Shown here: positions 25,838-36,538 of the stretch, piece by piece
Layout: the number at the start of each line of letters is the position of its first letter
How positions within the stretch are numbered: the stretch's first letter is position 1
Source: Lama glama
Lineage: Eukaryota
Length of the DNA: 64,000 bases
Direction: 5' to 3'
Assembly (NCBI GenBank): GCA_028534125.1
Contig: CM052816.1
Location: 71,488,001-71,552,000, forward strand
Program-made: the position numbers and the translations under genes
The notes under the pieces: model-generated
Databases searched by the model: none
What the model was told of the DNA's origin: nothing
The model's input: the letters and a program-made list of their open reading frames with translations, nothing else

Positions 25838-27175
25838 TTTTATTGTTTTTATTGTATGATATCATACATATACAAGATAACAAAAAAGTATGAGAGTTTA
25901 ATGTCTAACTATAGAGTGAAAACCTATTTAATCACCATACAGTATAGAAATAGACAATTGTGATTATTCCAAAAGCCCTTGTGCTCCTCACAAGGAGCAT
26001 TCTGGGAATGTTTAACAAGTAGTTCTTTAGGGAAAAAATGACCCCAAAGTTTTGATTTGTAGCATTTTCTGCTTTTCATACTGTAAGTAATGGCAAACTT
26101 CAAGTTACCAGTGGTTAACAAACTTCTGAAAATTTAACAGTCTGCTCCCACAAGCTGATAGGAGCCACTTCTGCTCTCAAATGCAGTGGTCACAGTGACC
26201 CTGAAAGAGACAGCGTCACTTTGCCTAGTTTTGCACCATATGCAAATAGTATCATATAATGTATTCATTTGTACCTTGCTTCCTTCACACAATACGTTTG
26301 TATGGAATGCGTCTGCGTTGTTACGCACAGCTCTAATCCTTCATTTTCACTTTCAACGTGGGCTGTATAACATTCCTGCCTATGAAAGCACCATAAATTA
26401 GGTATCCACTCCACTTTAGTTGACATTTCAGTTTTTCTAGGTTGTGGCTGTAATGAGCACTGCGGCTATGAATAGTCTAGTGCGTGGCTCCTAGTACACA
26501 TTGGCAAAAGTTTCTCTAGGATATATAGCAAGGAGAAAACTTATTAAGTATTACAACTTATTAAGTATTACCAAACTGTTGTTCAAAGATGTTCACAGAC
26601 TTACACTCCCACCAACTGTAAAAGAATTGCTGTTGTGCTGTATCAGTATCAGTACTTGGTATTATCAAGTATTTATTTTTTAGGTAATAGGGAGAATTTG
26701 TAATAGTATCTCATTATGGTTTAAATTTTTATTTCTAAGAAGATGATCATTGAGTTTGATCTCTCTGAATTTTCCTTTTTCTTTTTTAAATGCTTGTCTG
26801 AGTCATTTTCCCTTTGTAAAATTGGATTAGTGGCTTTTTAAAATGAGGCAAATGCACAGTTATTTATTCTAAGTTCTAATGTTTTCTTCTGTGGCATGTT
26901 TTGCAAATATCATCTTCCACTTCAGAGCTTACATTTTAATCTATTTATGGGGATTTTCATGGATAGAAATTCTTAATTTATCAAGATTTACCATTATGTT
27001 TTCAGAAATCCTTTACCACCATAAAATAAAGGAACTCTTTTCCCAAAGTATTTCCTAAAGTTTGATAACTTTGCCTTTCACATTTACATTTTTAATCCAC
27101 TAGTTACTGATTTTTTTAGTATACTATGTGGTCAGGGTACAATTTCATTATTTTCCGTGTGAATATTTACATGTT
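25838..27175 (-). mobile_element. L1ME 3' UTR and ORF2 end, antisense
   Basis: TTGCCTAGTTTTGCACCATATGCAAATAGTATCATATAATGTATTC, CTTCCTTCACACAATACG, TTTCTCTAGGATATATAGCAAGGAG, TTACACTCCCACCAAC, GTATCTCATTATGGTTTAAAT, TTGCCTTTCACATTTACATTTTTAATCCAC. Confidence 0.8.
25995..26185 (-). mobile_element. MER63-like hAT-Blackjack MITE inside the L1ME
   Basis: GAATGTTTAACAAG...GATTTGTAGCATTT...TTCAAGTTACCA...CTGAAAATTTAACAGTCTGCTCCCCACAAGCTGATAGGAGCC resembles the recalled MER63 consensus. Confidence 0.6.
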
Positions 27176-27179
27176 AGTT

Positions 27180-28470
27180 ATTGCTATTTACAATAATCTT
27201 ACTTTAACCCTTCAAGAGATGGTTATTGTTTTACATATTTAATTTTGCTTCAGTTTATATCAATCATTTAGGTCTCTAATTTTTCCATATCACATCTTTA
27301 TGTGGGTTCATATTTCTTATGTCTAAAGTACATCCTTGAGAATTTCCTTCAGGAAATTACACTGGTGGTCTGCTTTTTATTTTACCCTTGTTCTTAAAAG
27401 ATAATTTTGCTTATTGTGGCATTTGAGATGGCATGTATTTTTAATTTGAGGTAGTGGACAAGTCAGATTTTTAACTCTTCTTCTTTGAAGTTAGTTTGTC
27501 TTCTCTGACTGCTTTCCATTTCTCTTTGTCTCTTGTATTCTTCAGTATGCCTTTGATGTATCTAGATATAGATTTTGTTTGTTTGTTTCTTGCTTAGGAT
27601 TTGTTGGGGGTTTTGAATTTATATAGTGCAGAATATTCTGAGTTATTACCTCTTCAGCTGTAACTCTGTTAGGTTCTCTTTCTTCTCTAGAATTCTGGTT
27701 TAGATATGTGTTACAAAATCTCTATCTTCCTCATCTTTGAACCTCTTTATAATTGCCATCTCTGCTTTTCCATGCTGTGTTCTGATTAGTTTCTGCTCAC
27801 GTGACATTGCAGGAAGCTCTAGCTACATCCAGTTTCTTAAACACATCATCATTATTTCTTACTTTTAATGATCTCTTTTCTGTAATTTCTAAGATTCTAT
27901 TGGACTGTTTTTCAAATTTCTCAGTGACTCAGTTTCTTGTTCCCTGGATATATTTTCTGGTTTGCTTTTTAATTTTTTAGTAGAGCAAGAATAGTTATTT
28001 TATCATTTGCATCATCTGTGTCTGATAATTCCCATCCCTGAAAGCTTTGGCTTGTGATGTTCTTGTTTCTACTGGAACTGAGCTTAAAACTTTTTGTTGT
28101 TTCATTTTATTTTGTTTTGTGTTTTTTTGTTTTTTGTGGGGGGAAGTTTGTGTGTTTTTTTTTTTCTCAGTTACTTTACAAAATTATTTGGGACCAGGAT
28201 AAAGCCCATGCTTTTGTTTTCTGTCTTTCTCTCCCACAAAGCCTTGGGAACTGGATCCTTGTTTCTCTGGTTCCACAAATACTTTGAGGACAGGAAAAGA
28301 TTCAGTGTTCCTCTGACACCTCTGAATTCCCTCCTCCACGTAGCTTTTGGCTTCATCATTGCTTACTGTTGTGTGCATTATTTGATACCACTAAGAATAT
28401 TTTCAAAAACATTTTTGCCAGATTTAATCATTTTCATAGAGGAGAGTATGTCCATGTATCTATGTAGTCA
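27180..28470 (-). mobile_element. Old L1M or HAL1 ORF1/5' region, antisense
   Basis: T-rich, with ATTTTACCCTTGTTCTTAAAAGATAATTTTGC, GATGTATCTAGATATAGATTT, TTCTGGTTTAGATATGTGTTAC, TCTGTGTCTGATAATTCC, typical of reverse L1/HAL1 ORF1. Confidence 0.6.
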
Positions 28471-28487
28471 AAAACATAAACTTTAAA

Positions 28488-29520
28488 AAATAATCTTAGA
28501 AAAGAAAAGGCTTTTCTAAGTGTGAACTGAAATCTAGACACCATAAAAGAAAAGCCTGATAAATTTGACTACATATAAATTTTAATGCAGTAAAACCTTA
28601 GAGAGAGGAATCAATTAACCTTTTTTAAATTGTTATGCAGAAGATTTTAAAAAATTTAAATGTATTCATGTATACGTTATACATGAATACATTTCATTTA
28701 TGTATATATACATGCACACATACACACATACATATGTATGTGAAAGCACTAACAAATTAATAAGGGCCTTGTGGATAAAGGATATTATCTGGAGTTTCAC
28801 AAAGAAAAGAAACAAAGCAAGAAAGTAAGAAAACAAGCAAGCAAGAAAGAAAACAGCTAAATAAAATGTAAGATAAATGCTTAGTTTTGCTCTTTATTAA
28901 AGCAGTGCAACATAAAAGGTAAGTAACATATGTATTATACGGAAAAATGAAGAAGTGGGGAAATAGGCAGACTCATACTTTATTTCAGAGATGTTAAGTT
29001 GGTCAAAACTTTCAGGAATTGAAAATAACTTTCAAATTGTTCAATGCATTCAAATGCTTTTATCTAGATTCTTACATTTCAGGAATTATCTTAAAGATAC
29101 TGGTACCCATGCAGAAAGATAGATGGATTAAAATATTTTTGTAGCACTGTTTAATAGAAAAAAAATGGAAAGAACTTAAATGACTATCTGAGGAAAATAA
29201 TTAAATACACTATGGCACTGATGATACATGTAATACAATGGAAACACTTACTAGAAATAAATTATCTCTTTATATTCAGATGTGGAAAACCCACGAGATA
29301 TTTTGAGAAATTTTGTTTTTTTTTAAAAAGATATCGTATGTATAAAAGCTCACATTTTTTTTAAAAGTCTGAAAGGATTTATAAGGAACTGTTAATGATG
29401 AAAATGTCTTCAATTGAGATCAGGCATCTGGTGGGAAGAAAACACCTCTTTACTTTAAGCTTTTCTGTGCTATGTAAATTTATTTTTACTGTGAGCATAT
29501 ATTAAATTTGTAATAAAAAT
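28488..29520 (+). mobile_element. L1ME ORF2 end and 3' UTR (continues the piece at ~25760-25830)
   Basis: AAGGCTTTTCTAAGTGTGAAC...CCATAAAAGAAAAGCCTGATAAATTTGACTACATA, GGAAATAGGCAGACTCATAC, TTTGTAGCACTGTTTAATAG. Confidence 0.75.
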
Positions 29521-29529
29521 CTTTTTGGA

Positions 29530-29845
29530 AGAAAATCCAGAAATATATGCAATAATTTATGCACATGAATAATTAATATAGTTGTAAAATAAAACATTGA
29601 AAATAATCTAGTTTATGTAAATTATGATATTTAACCAATTGTAATATTGTGCTATCATTAGTAATCACATTTTCAAGTCATATTTGATAATATGGAAAAT
29701 TCTCAAAATAAAATTTGAAAAAAGTAGGGTACAATTACACACATATATGTAGAATATGGTCAAATATTATAAAAATAAGAGAGGACATGCACACATATAC
29801 ACTTCTATTGAAAAAATATCCCCAAATGTTAACAATTTATCTGTA
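29530..29845 (+). mobile_element. Second L1ME 3' fragment
   Basis: TTGAAAATAATCTAG...GTAAATTATGATAT...GATAATATGGAAAATTCTC...GAAAAAATATCCCCAAATGTTAACA. Confidence 0.5.
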
Positions 29846-32800
29846 TGGAAACACCTGTTTCATTTTACTGTCTCCTTTAATAGATTTTTTTTTAAGGCTT
29901 CATACAAGGAAATATTCATTCCTCGACAATCCATAGAAAACAAAGCTATTACAAATGAGAGTGATGTATATCAAAGTTTAGAGACATAACAGGAGGCCCA
30001 ATAAAAAGTTACCTTTCTTCTCTCAGTAGGCATCATTTTTCTGTTTTAACCTTTATGAAAGTATACAAATAACAGGGGAACGAAAAGTGAAATTCTACAA
30101 CAGGACAGTTGAGTATTTAGAGATCTGCTGTGCAAATTCAGGTTGATCAGAAGGCCTGACTTAGCAACTGGGACATTTATCTGCTTGGAATTAGATTCAC
30201 TTGTTGCTGTTGTAACAAAAGCCTCTGAAAGCTGTACACTTTTCCAATGAACATACAGAACCGTACGTGCGAGTCAGTAACAGAAATAGAAGGTAAGAAG
30301 TCACAAGCGTCATTTCAAGGAAGAATGGTGTGTGTATCTTTAAAAAACAGTATGTTCAGGTACATGTATACCTGTCCCCTCTCTGCTATAGAAAGGAAAT
30401 GATGGATTTGAAAACTACCAATTTAGTTCACTTGGGTTTTCCCCCCAGTATGTGTTATGACCTTTTCTATTTCCTGTCAGCTATTCAAAATGAAGAAGGG
30501 AAAGGAAAGAGGAAATTATACTGAAATAAAAGTAAGCCAGAAAGCAAAAAAAAAAAATTTTCTTGTTGCTGAAACTTGCAAAGCAATCACAATTAGGTAG
30601 CTAAAGGATTCTATGATACGGTAAGTTAAAAGTTCACATGGTATATTCTCATTCTGTTTGGAAACATGAGAATTCTTCCATTTTCCTGGTCTCTAATTTT
30701 GTAATGTGTTCTCTACAAAATAAACACAGCCATGTACTAACCAGATATGTTTTAATTTTCTCTCCGTCTCTCTCTTTGGTGAGAGAGATCTCCTATATAA
30801 AAATAAACCTCTTTATTCATTATTTTCACGATAAGGCATAATAAGTGTCCTCAGGCAAAATTAAAATTGTTGGCCATTATTCTACAAGTTGTCCAAAATA
30901 TTTTCTTTTAATCCATGAATAACTATAAGCATGTGGAATTTTTCAACTGTTCAAGACACAATATTCTCTTCTTTAGTGTTTTTAATTGCACCTAGTTATT
31001 TTCCATGAATTTTCATATAAAATATCATTAATCACAGTTTTGTCGATACCTCAGTTGATTGCATGCAGAGAAATTCTTTCAAACTTAACGCTTATACTCA
31101 TCCCCTGCTTCAGGAAAGTTTTAAGAAAATAATCATGTATCCACTTGAGGAAAAAAAACAGTCTATCTTCCAAATAAAGAGAGTTCAAGGAATATTGGAG
31201 AAAAGGGGGTCCCTGAGAATAGCAAACCTGAAACATTTCTGACTCATGTTTCAAGTTTGGTTTCATTGCTCCTTGAGAAGAGAATTACCTTACTGTCAGC
31301 AATATCTGCACCTAAAATTCACGTTTCACCCTAGAAATTAAAGCCTTATATGATTTCCTTGACTATAGGGGTATAGCTTACATTGCTTATTTATTCCCTG
31401 TTGGGTACATTGTAATAGATCCATAGATTTTGAACAGATAACCTCCAGAGTTGAGTTCATTATTTAATCTGCCTTTTTGTATTATCTACTTTTTGCTACT
31501 CTCAAATGTTTGGAATAATCTAAAACTGTGTATATTCATTTTTTATCCTATTTCATAATTACAGTCATCAATACAGCTTCCTGTTGCTTCAAATACTCAA
31601 TAAATGTTCCTGAATAAAGTTTGTGGAATGAATGAATGGGAACTTTGAGACAATGTAAGACGGCAATATTACCCTCCTTTCAATGACTTCAAGAATTTTT
31701 TAAAATACAGTAAGGTCAATTAGACTGTATTATTTGAAATATATGTATATATTTCAAGATACCTATACTTGAAAAGAAGGAAAAAATTATTGGATTTATT
31801 GATCATTTTTCCCTCTAATAGTAAACTTTTGCAAATGACCCTAACATCTCCACTGGGGGGAAAATGAGTTTTAGAAAAATTTTGAAACTGACTGGTACAT
31901 AACAAGGAATAGACTTTATTAATGTTTACATAGCACTCACCTGTTTAAAGCTAATCTCAAATCCATTTTTTTCATGGATATTTATACATCTTTCTCTTAT
32001 AAAGGTTACTTTTTGAAGGGGAAATGTATGAAAGGGAAATATTTGAAAGCGTAAAATGTCATATTCTTTCAGAATCATGACATTTGTACCTGAGGATAAT
32101 TTAAAATAATTTTTTAGAAAATTGGAAAATATATATTTCCTTCTTGATTCCATTACAGTTATATATTTGGTTATCAAAAGTCTTTATTAAAATGTTTATC
32201 TATAAAAAACTGACTTGCTGCAAATATATGATAAAATATAGTAAGCCTTAGCTATCTAACATTTTTGTTTGTCATACGTTGTCATCAAAGACAAGAATAA
32301 TATATAATTAGATACAAATGAAGAGAGTAATTATCTTTAGAAGAGAAAGAAATGTAACAAGTTAATGATGGTTACAAAGAAAATTTATCTATAATTATAC
32401 TTTTTAAAAAAATTTTAAAAGTCTCTTTACCTTTCTCTATAAAGTAAATGCAATAAACATCAAAGTTTAAGATTCTGTCAGGATTTAAAATATCAGTATT
32501 TACAATTATTTTTGTCAACTCAGTAGAAAAAGAAGAGTTTGGCTTATATGTTCAATTGAAGCAAGAGGAGTTTGACTGCTATTTTTGAAAGTAGCTTCTG
32601 ACTCAAATAATTTTAAATTTTCACAAGTTTGAGGTGGCTTTTTTTCATATTGTTGTTGTTTGTTAACAATGTTTCTCTTTGACATTCGATACAATTTTCC
32701 CACAGAAAGAAAAGAAAGGAAGGTTGGTAGCATTCTGCAACAAGTTCGAATGTGTTTATGCCTTTGCAAAGCAACCACAGAGGAACCAAGATGGTCAAAT

Positions 32801-35258
32801 GGTCATTCTGCACCTTGTACCTATTTTGTCTGGTATCTAAAATATATTCACAGCTTGTAATGTTAGACTCCTAGTATCATGATAAACTAAGAATGTTTCA
32901 CATATGTGTAACCAATACTTCGGGAGAATATTAGGAAATAAAAGAAGCCAGTACCTTATCAGGCATGGAGACAATTCAACACTTTTAGAAGTGAACCATT
33001 GATCAAGTTATAGAAGGCTCATTGTGTATAAAATACAATTCTCATAAATCCTCATCAGTGGTCTACATTTAAGGGAAAAAGCAGAGACAAGCTGCAGTTT
33101 CATTGTGAATATTTTAACTTTTCAGAAGGCGTTCCTATAGAATCATATGAAAATAATTCTGTCCTTAGCTCACCTTTGAGAAAAAAGCTGTTATCTTGGG
33201 TAAGCAAAAGATCATGCTGATAAATCTACGCCCTATATGATAGCAGTAAACCTAGCTGGATTTCACTTAAGAATATCAGTACAGGTGAGCCTTTGTTAAT
33301 GTGACTTGCACCAACTGTTTTTAACTCTTGAGAGAAACAAAGACAAAATCAGCCCCAAAGCAGCAAAAACCTCCTGCGAATAGATAAATTCTGCTAAAAC
33401 CCAAAGGTACTTGGAACTGTAGGAGGGAAAAAATATATATCCTCAGATGAACAGACTGTGTTGTTTAAGCTTAGGCAATCATTTCTCCAGCAGCAAGGAA
33501 AAAAAAAAACAGTTACTATCAAAAAATGATTGCTTAATAATGGGAAAGCAGGAAAAAGATGGGAAAACATTTCTTCTGCAACAAAGAGTTTGCTGCACTT
33601 ACGGTTTTAATAAGAAAACTATAGTTTAGTTTTAGTCCACCCAAACCATAATTTTTATCAATTTGATCATACTATGACTTAATATATTTAGTAACAATTT
33701 TGTTGGCTTAATACTGTGTAGCCACAATATTAAGCTGATTTAATCATACCAAGTACGTTAGCTCCTTAAGGTTCCATACTCAGTGCCTAACACAAGCTTA
33801 AAACATGGCTATTGTTACCAAGGTGATATTAAGTGAAGAAAAGAGACACCCTTAAAGACTGAACTTGGACAATCCTGCTTAGTGGCTTCTGTTTTTCTAA
33901 GTCACTCTCAAGTAATAAATGGTGCTAAGAGCTAAGGGAAGAGAAGTAACTTATTACTCAGTACCAGAACAAATTAAGTGTTACGCAGTGGTTAAAAATA
34001 CTTTCAGAAAGTGACTTAATACATGGGAGATAAAAATCCTCTGGATTTAAAATATAGGAGTATTGATATAGGGACCACTGTGATAGCAGGTAAGCCAACC
34101 TAAGATTTCTTTCTAGAGCTACAACGAATTCAAAGCATTTTTTCTGTTTCAACAATTATTAATTTTTGTTATTATTACCCCTGCATTTCTAGCACTGATT
34201 AGAAATGCCAGATGAAAAAGCCACTACAGAAATTCACACTCGAAGCTTAGGAATTGCCTAATAAAGAACTCCTGGGAATCACACGATTGTTACTGTACAA
34301 AGTTTGGTTTGTTTTTTTTTTTAACTTCTTAAGTCAAAGGGTCAAAAAGAAGTTCCCTGATGCAGAAAACTTTTAAGCCAGCCAGCTAATATTCAGCACT
34401 CATCTGCATACTGTCCAATCTACTCAACCATCTGCAAAATAATTGGATAGTTTTACCCAAATATTAAGGTAAAGTTATTCCCTTATCATACAATGATCTA
34501 TGACTTCTTCGGCAAATAAGTAATAAATAACATCCTTGCCTAACTTAGTATTTATGACAAAAGGTGAAAATTTTAGTCTAAAAACCTCAGACTTTGAGGT
34601 TTTGAAGCTGAATTACATTAATTCTTCATAATGTTTTTCCTTTACATCAGAGTACCTTTTTAAGTTTATTAATCCAGATAAATCAGTCCTGGATTTATTA
34701 CTTTTTTGTAATGCATAAATTTTGATTTCGTCTAGCAAAATTATTTTTCTTTTGCTTATGCATTTAAATATCAGGGAATTTTTTTTTTTTCTGGTTGTAA
34801 ATAACCAGGTAAGAGCATGCATTTTTTTTTTTCCTGGTGTCTTCTCAACTCAGTAAGTACCTGCATCTCTTACTTTAGCTACATAGCAGCTTTTACATTT
34901 GTATTTTGCATCTCGGGTGACATACATAACACACAGTAACATGAAACTACAGGTCATAGGCTGAACTTCTCCTTTGTGAACACAGGGAGGAACGAAAGCA
35001 CAAATGGCCACTTTGCATGAGCTAAGTTCCCAGAGCAGGAGAGAAAATGCTCCCTTGACCCTGCAGATGGTGGAGTTAGCACTTTGCTAGGCTCTCCTCA
35101 TTATAATAAGAAAGCTCCATATAACAGGATGTTTGTTTTCTTTGACAAAGTCAAGGCTCTTCACTAATAAAACCAGACACTAGGAAATGATTTAATCCAA
35201 AATACCAAGTCGTTTTTCTAATTCTAAAATTTTGCAACTTGAATGAAGAGGGTTTGTT

Positions 35259-35414
35259 GAGGAGAGGGTATAGCTCAGTGGTAGAGCAGGTGCTTAGCAT
35301 GCACAAGGTCTTGGGTTCAGTCCCCAGTAATTCCATTTAAAAAATAAATAAATAAGTCTAATTACTCTGCCATCCAAAAAAAAAAAGGTTTAAATTCAAA
35401 ATTTTTAAAAAATT
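35259..35414 (+). mobile_element. tRNA-derived camelid-type SINE (vic-1-like), long form
   Basis: GAGGAGAGGGTATAGCTCAGTGGTAGAGCAGGTGCTTAGCATGCACAAGGTCTTGGGTTCAGTCCCCAGT...AAATAAATAAATAAGTCTAATTAC and an A tail. Possible degenerate target duplication ATGAAGAGGGTTTGTT / ATAAAGAGGTTTTTTC. Confidence 0.9.
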
Positions 35415-36291
35415 ATAAAGAGGTTTTTTCCTCCTGAGTATGCAAGTATGAGTGTGATATTGAAGGAATTATGATTGATTATATATTAATGATTGAATTA
35501 ACACCATGCAACTCATGGTATAGTGAATTTCAAGAAAATTAGTAGCTGTAATTCTGTATATCCTAGAGTCATGTATCTTATCAATCAGTTCTAAAAAATC
35601 TAAAGGATTATTTTCAAATTGAAATATTGTTGGGAATTGTTACCATTAATTCAAATCTACAGGAGGATTAATATTTCTATATGAAAACTTACTTATTGTC
35701 TATCAAATATCTCAAACAAAATATTTAGTAATATTAATAACATATAGAAAAGCATTTAACGCCTAATCATTCTTTACCTCTGATGGAGGTGCATATGTCT
35801 TAAAGAAGCCTTAAATTTAACCTCTAAAATGTTAATGAGAAGAAATAATCTTATCCTTTCTGGAAACCAGGGGTTTTTTTATTCACAACACAGCAATACT
35901 GAAAGCAAATCAAGTCTTTTAATAGGCTAAAGCTGGCTTTAAGCTCATGTCTTCAATGCCCTGGTGAGTTCCTCCCCAAAACATTTGTCACGTAGATGGA
36001 ATCTTCACTTTTTCTAATCCAATCCCATACTTACCTTCCTTTTTTGTGGGTTTTTTTTTTTTTGATATCTCCAACTTGGGAAGTAATCTGACTCTTTCTA
36101 CACAACTTTAGAGGACATGATGTTTCCAAAGGTTCTTATCAAGCTAAATTACCGTGGTTGATATGGACTTCTGAAATCTATGGGCTTTGTGTATACAAGT
36201 CACAGTGGTTTCACAACACACCAACTATATATCATGTGTATATACAGATACAAATAAAACCACACCAAAAAATATGGCCAAAACCTACTCA

Positions 36292-36538
36292 CGGCATAGG
36301 GGAAGAACATGATTTTAGAATTCAGATAGAATTTAGTTCAAATTCTAGTTTTATTACTTATTAGTTCTTTGATTTGGGATCCTTTACTTAAACTACCTTG
36401 GTTTCAATCTTACTCTCTCTAAAACAAGAATAATAGTTTGAGTTTATTTAAAGAATTAAATGATAAAATATATGTAAACATCAAATTCTGTGCCTTCACA
36501 TAGTAGGGGCTCAATAAAAGATAACTACTTCTTATTAT
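36292..36538 (+). mobile_element. Near full-length MIR (MIRb-like)
   Basis: GGCATAGGGGAAGAACATGATTTTAGAATTCAGATAGAATTTAGTTCAAATTCTAG...GAATTAAATGATAAAATATATGTAAA...CACATAGTAGGGGCTCAATAAA. Confidence 0.85.

Noticed and set aside
28054..28486. Hydrophobic F/L/V-rich ORFs resembling membrane proteins
   Set aside because: Artefact of T-rich antisense L1/HAL1 sequence.
31287..31312. Possible minus-strand microexon TTTTAG|GTGCAGATATTGCTGACAGTAAG|GTAATT
   Set aside because: Weak pyrimidine tract, ambiguous donor, and no other support.
34581..34603. 9-bp stem hairpin AAAACCTCA-GACTT-TGAGGTTTT
   Set aside because: Too short for a pre-miRNA and expected by chance in 64 kb. A terminator reading does not apply to mammalian DNA.
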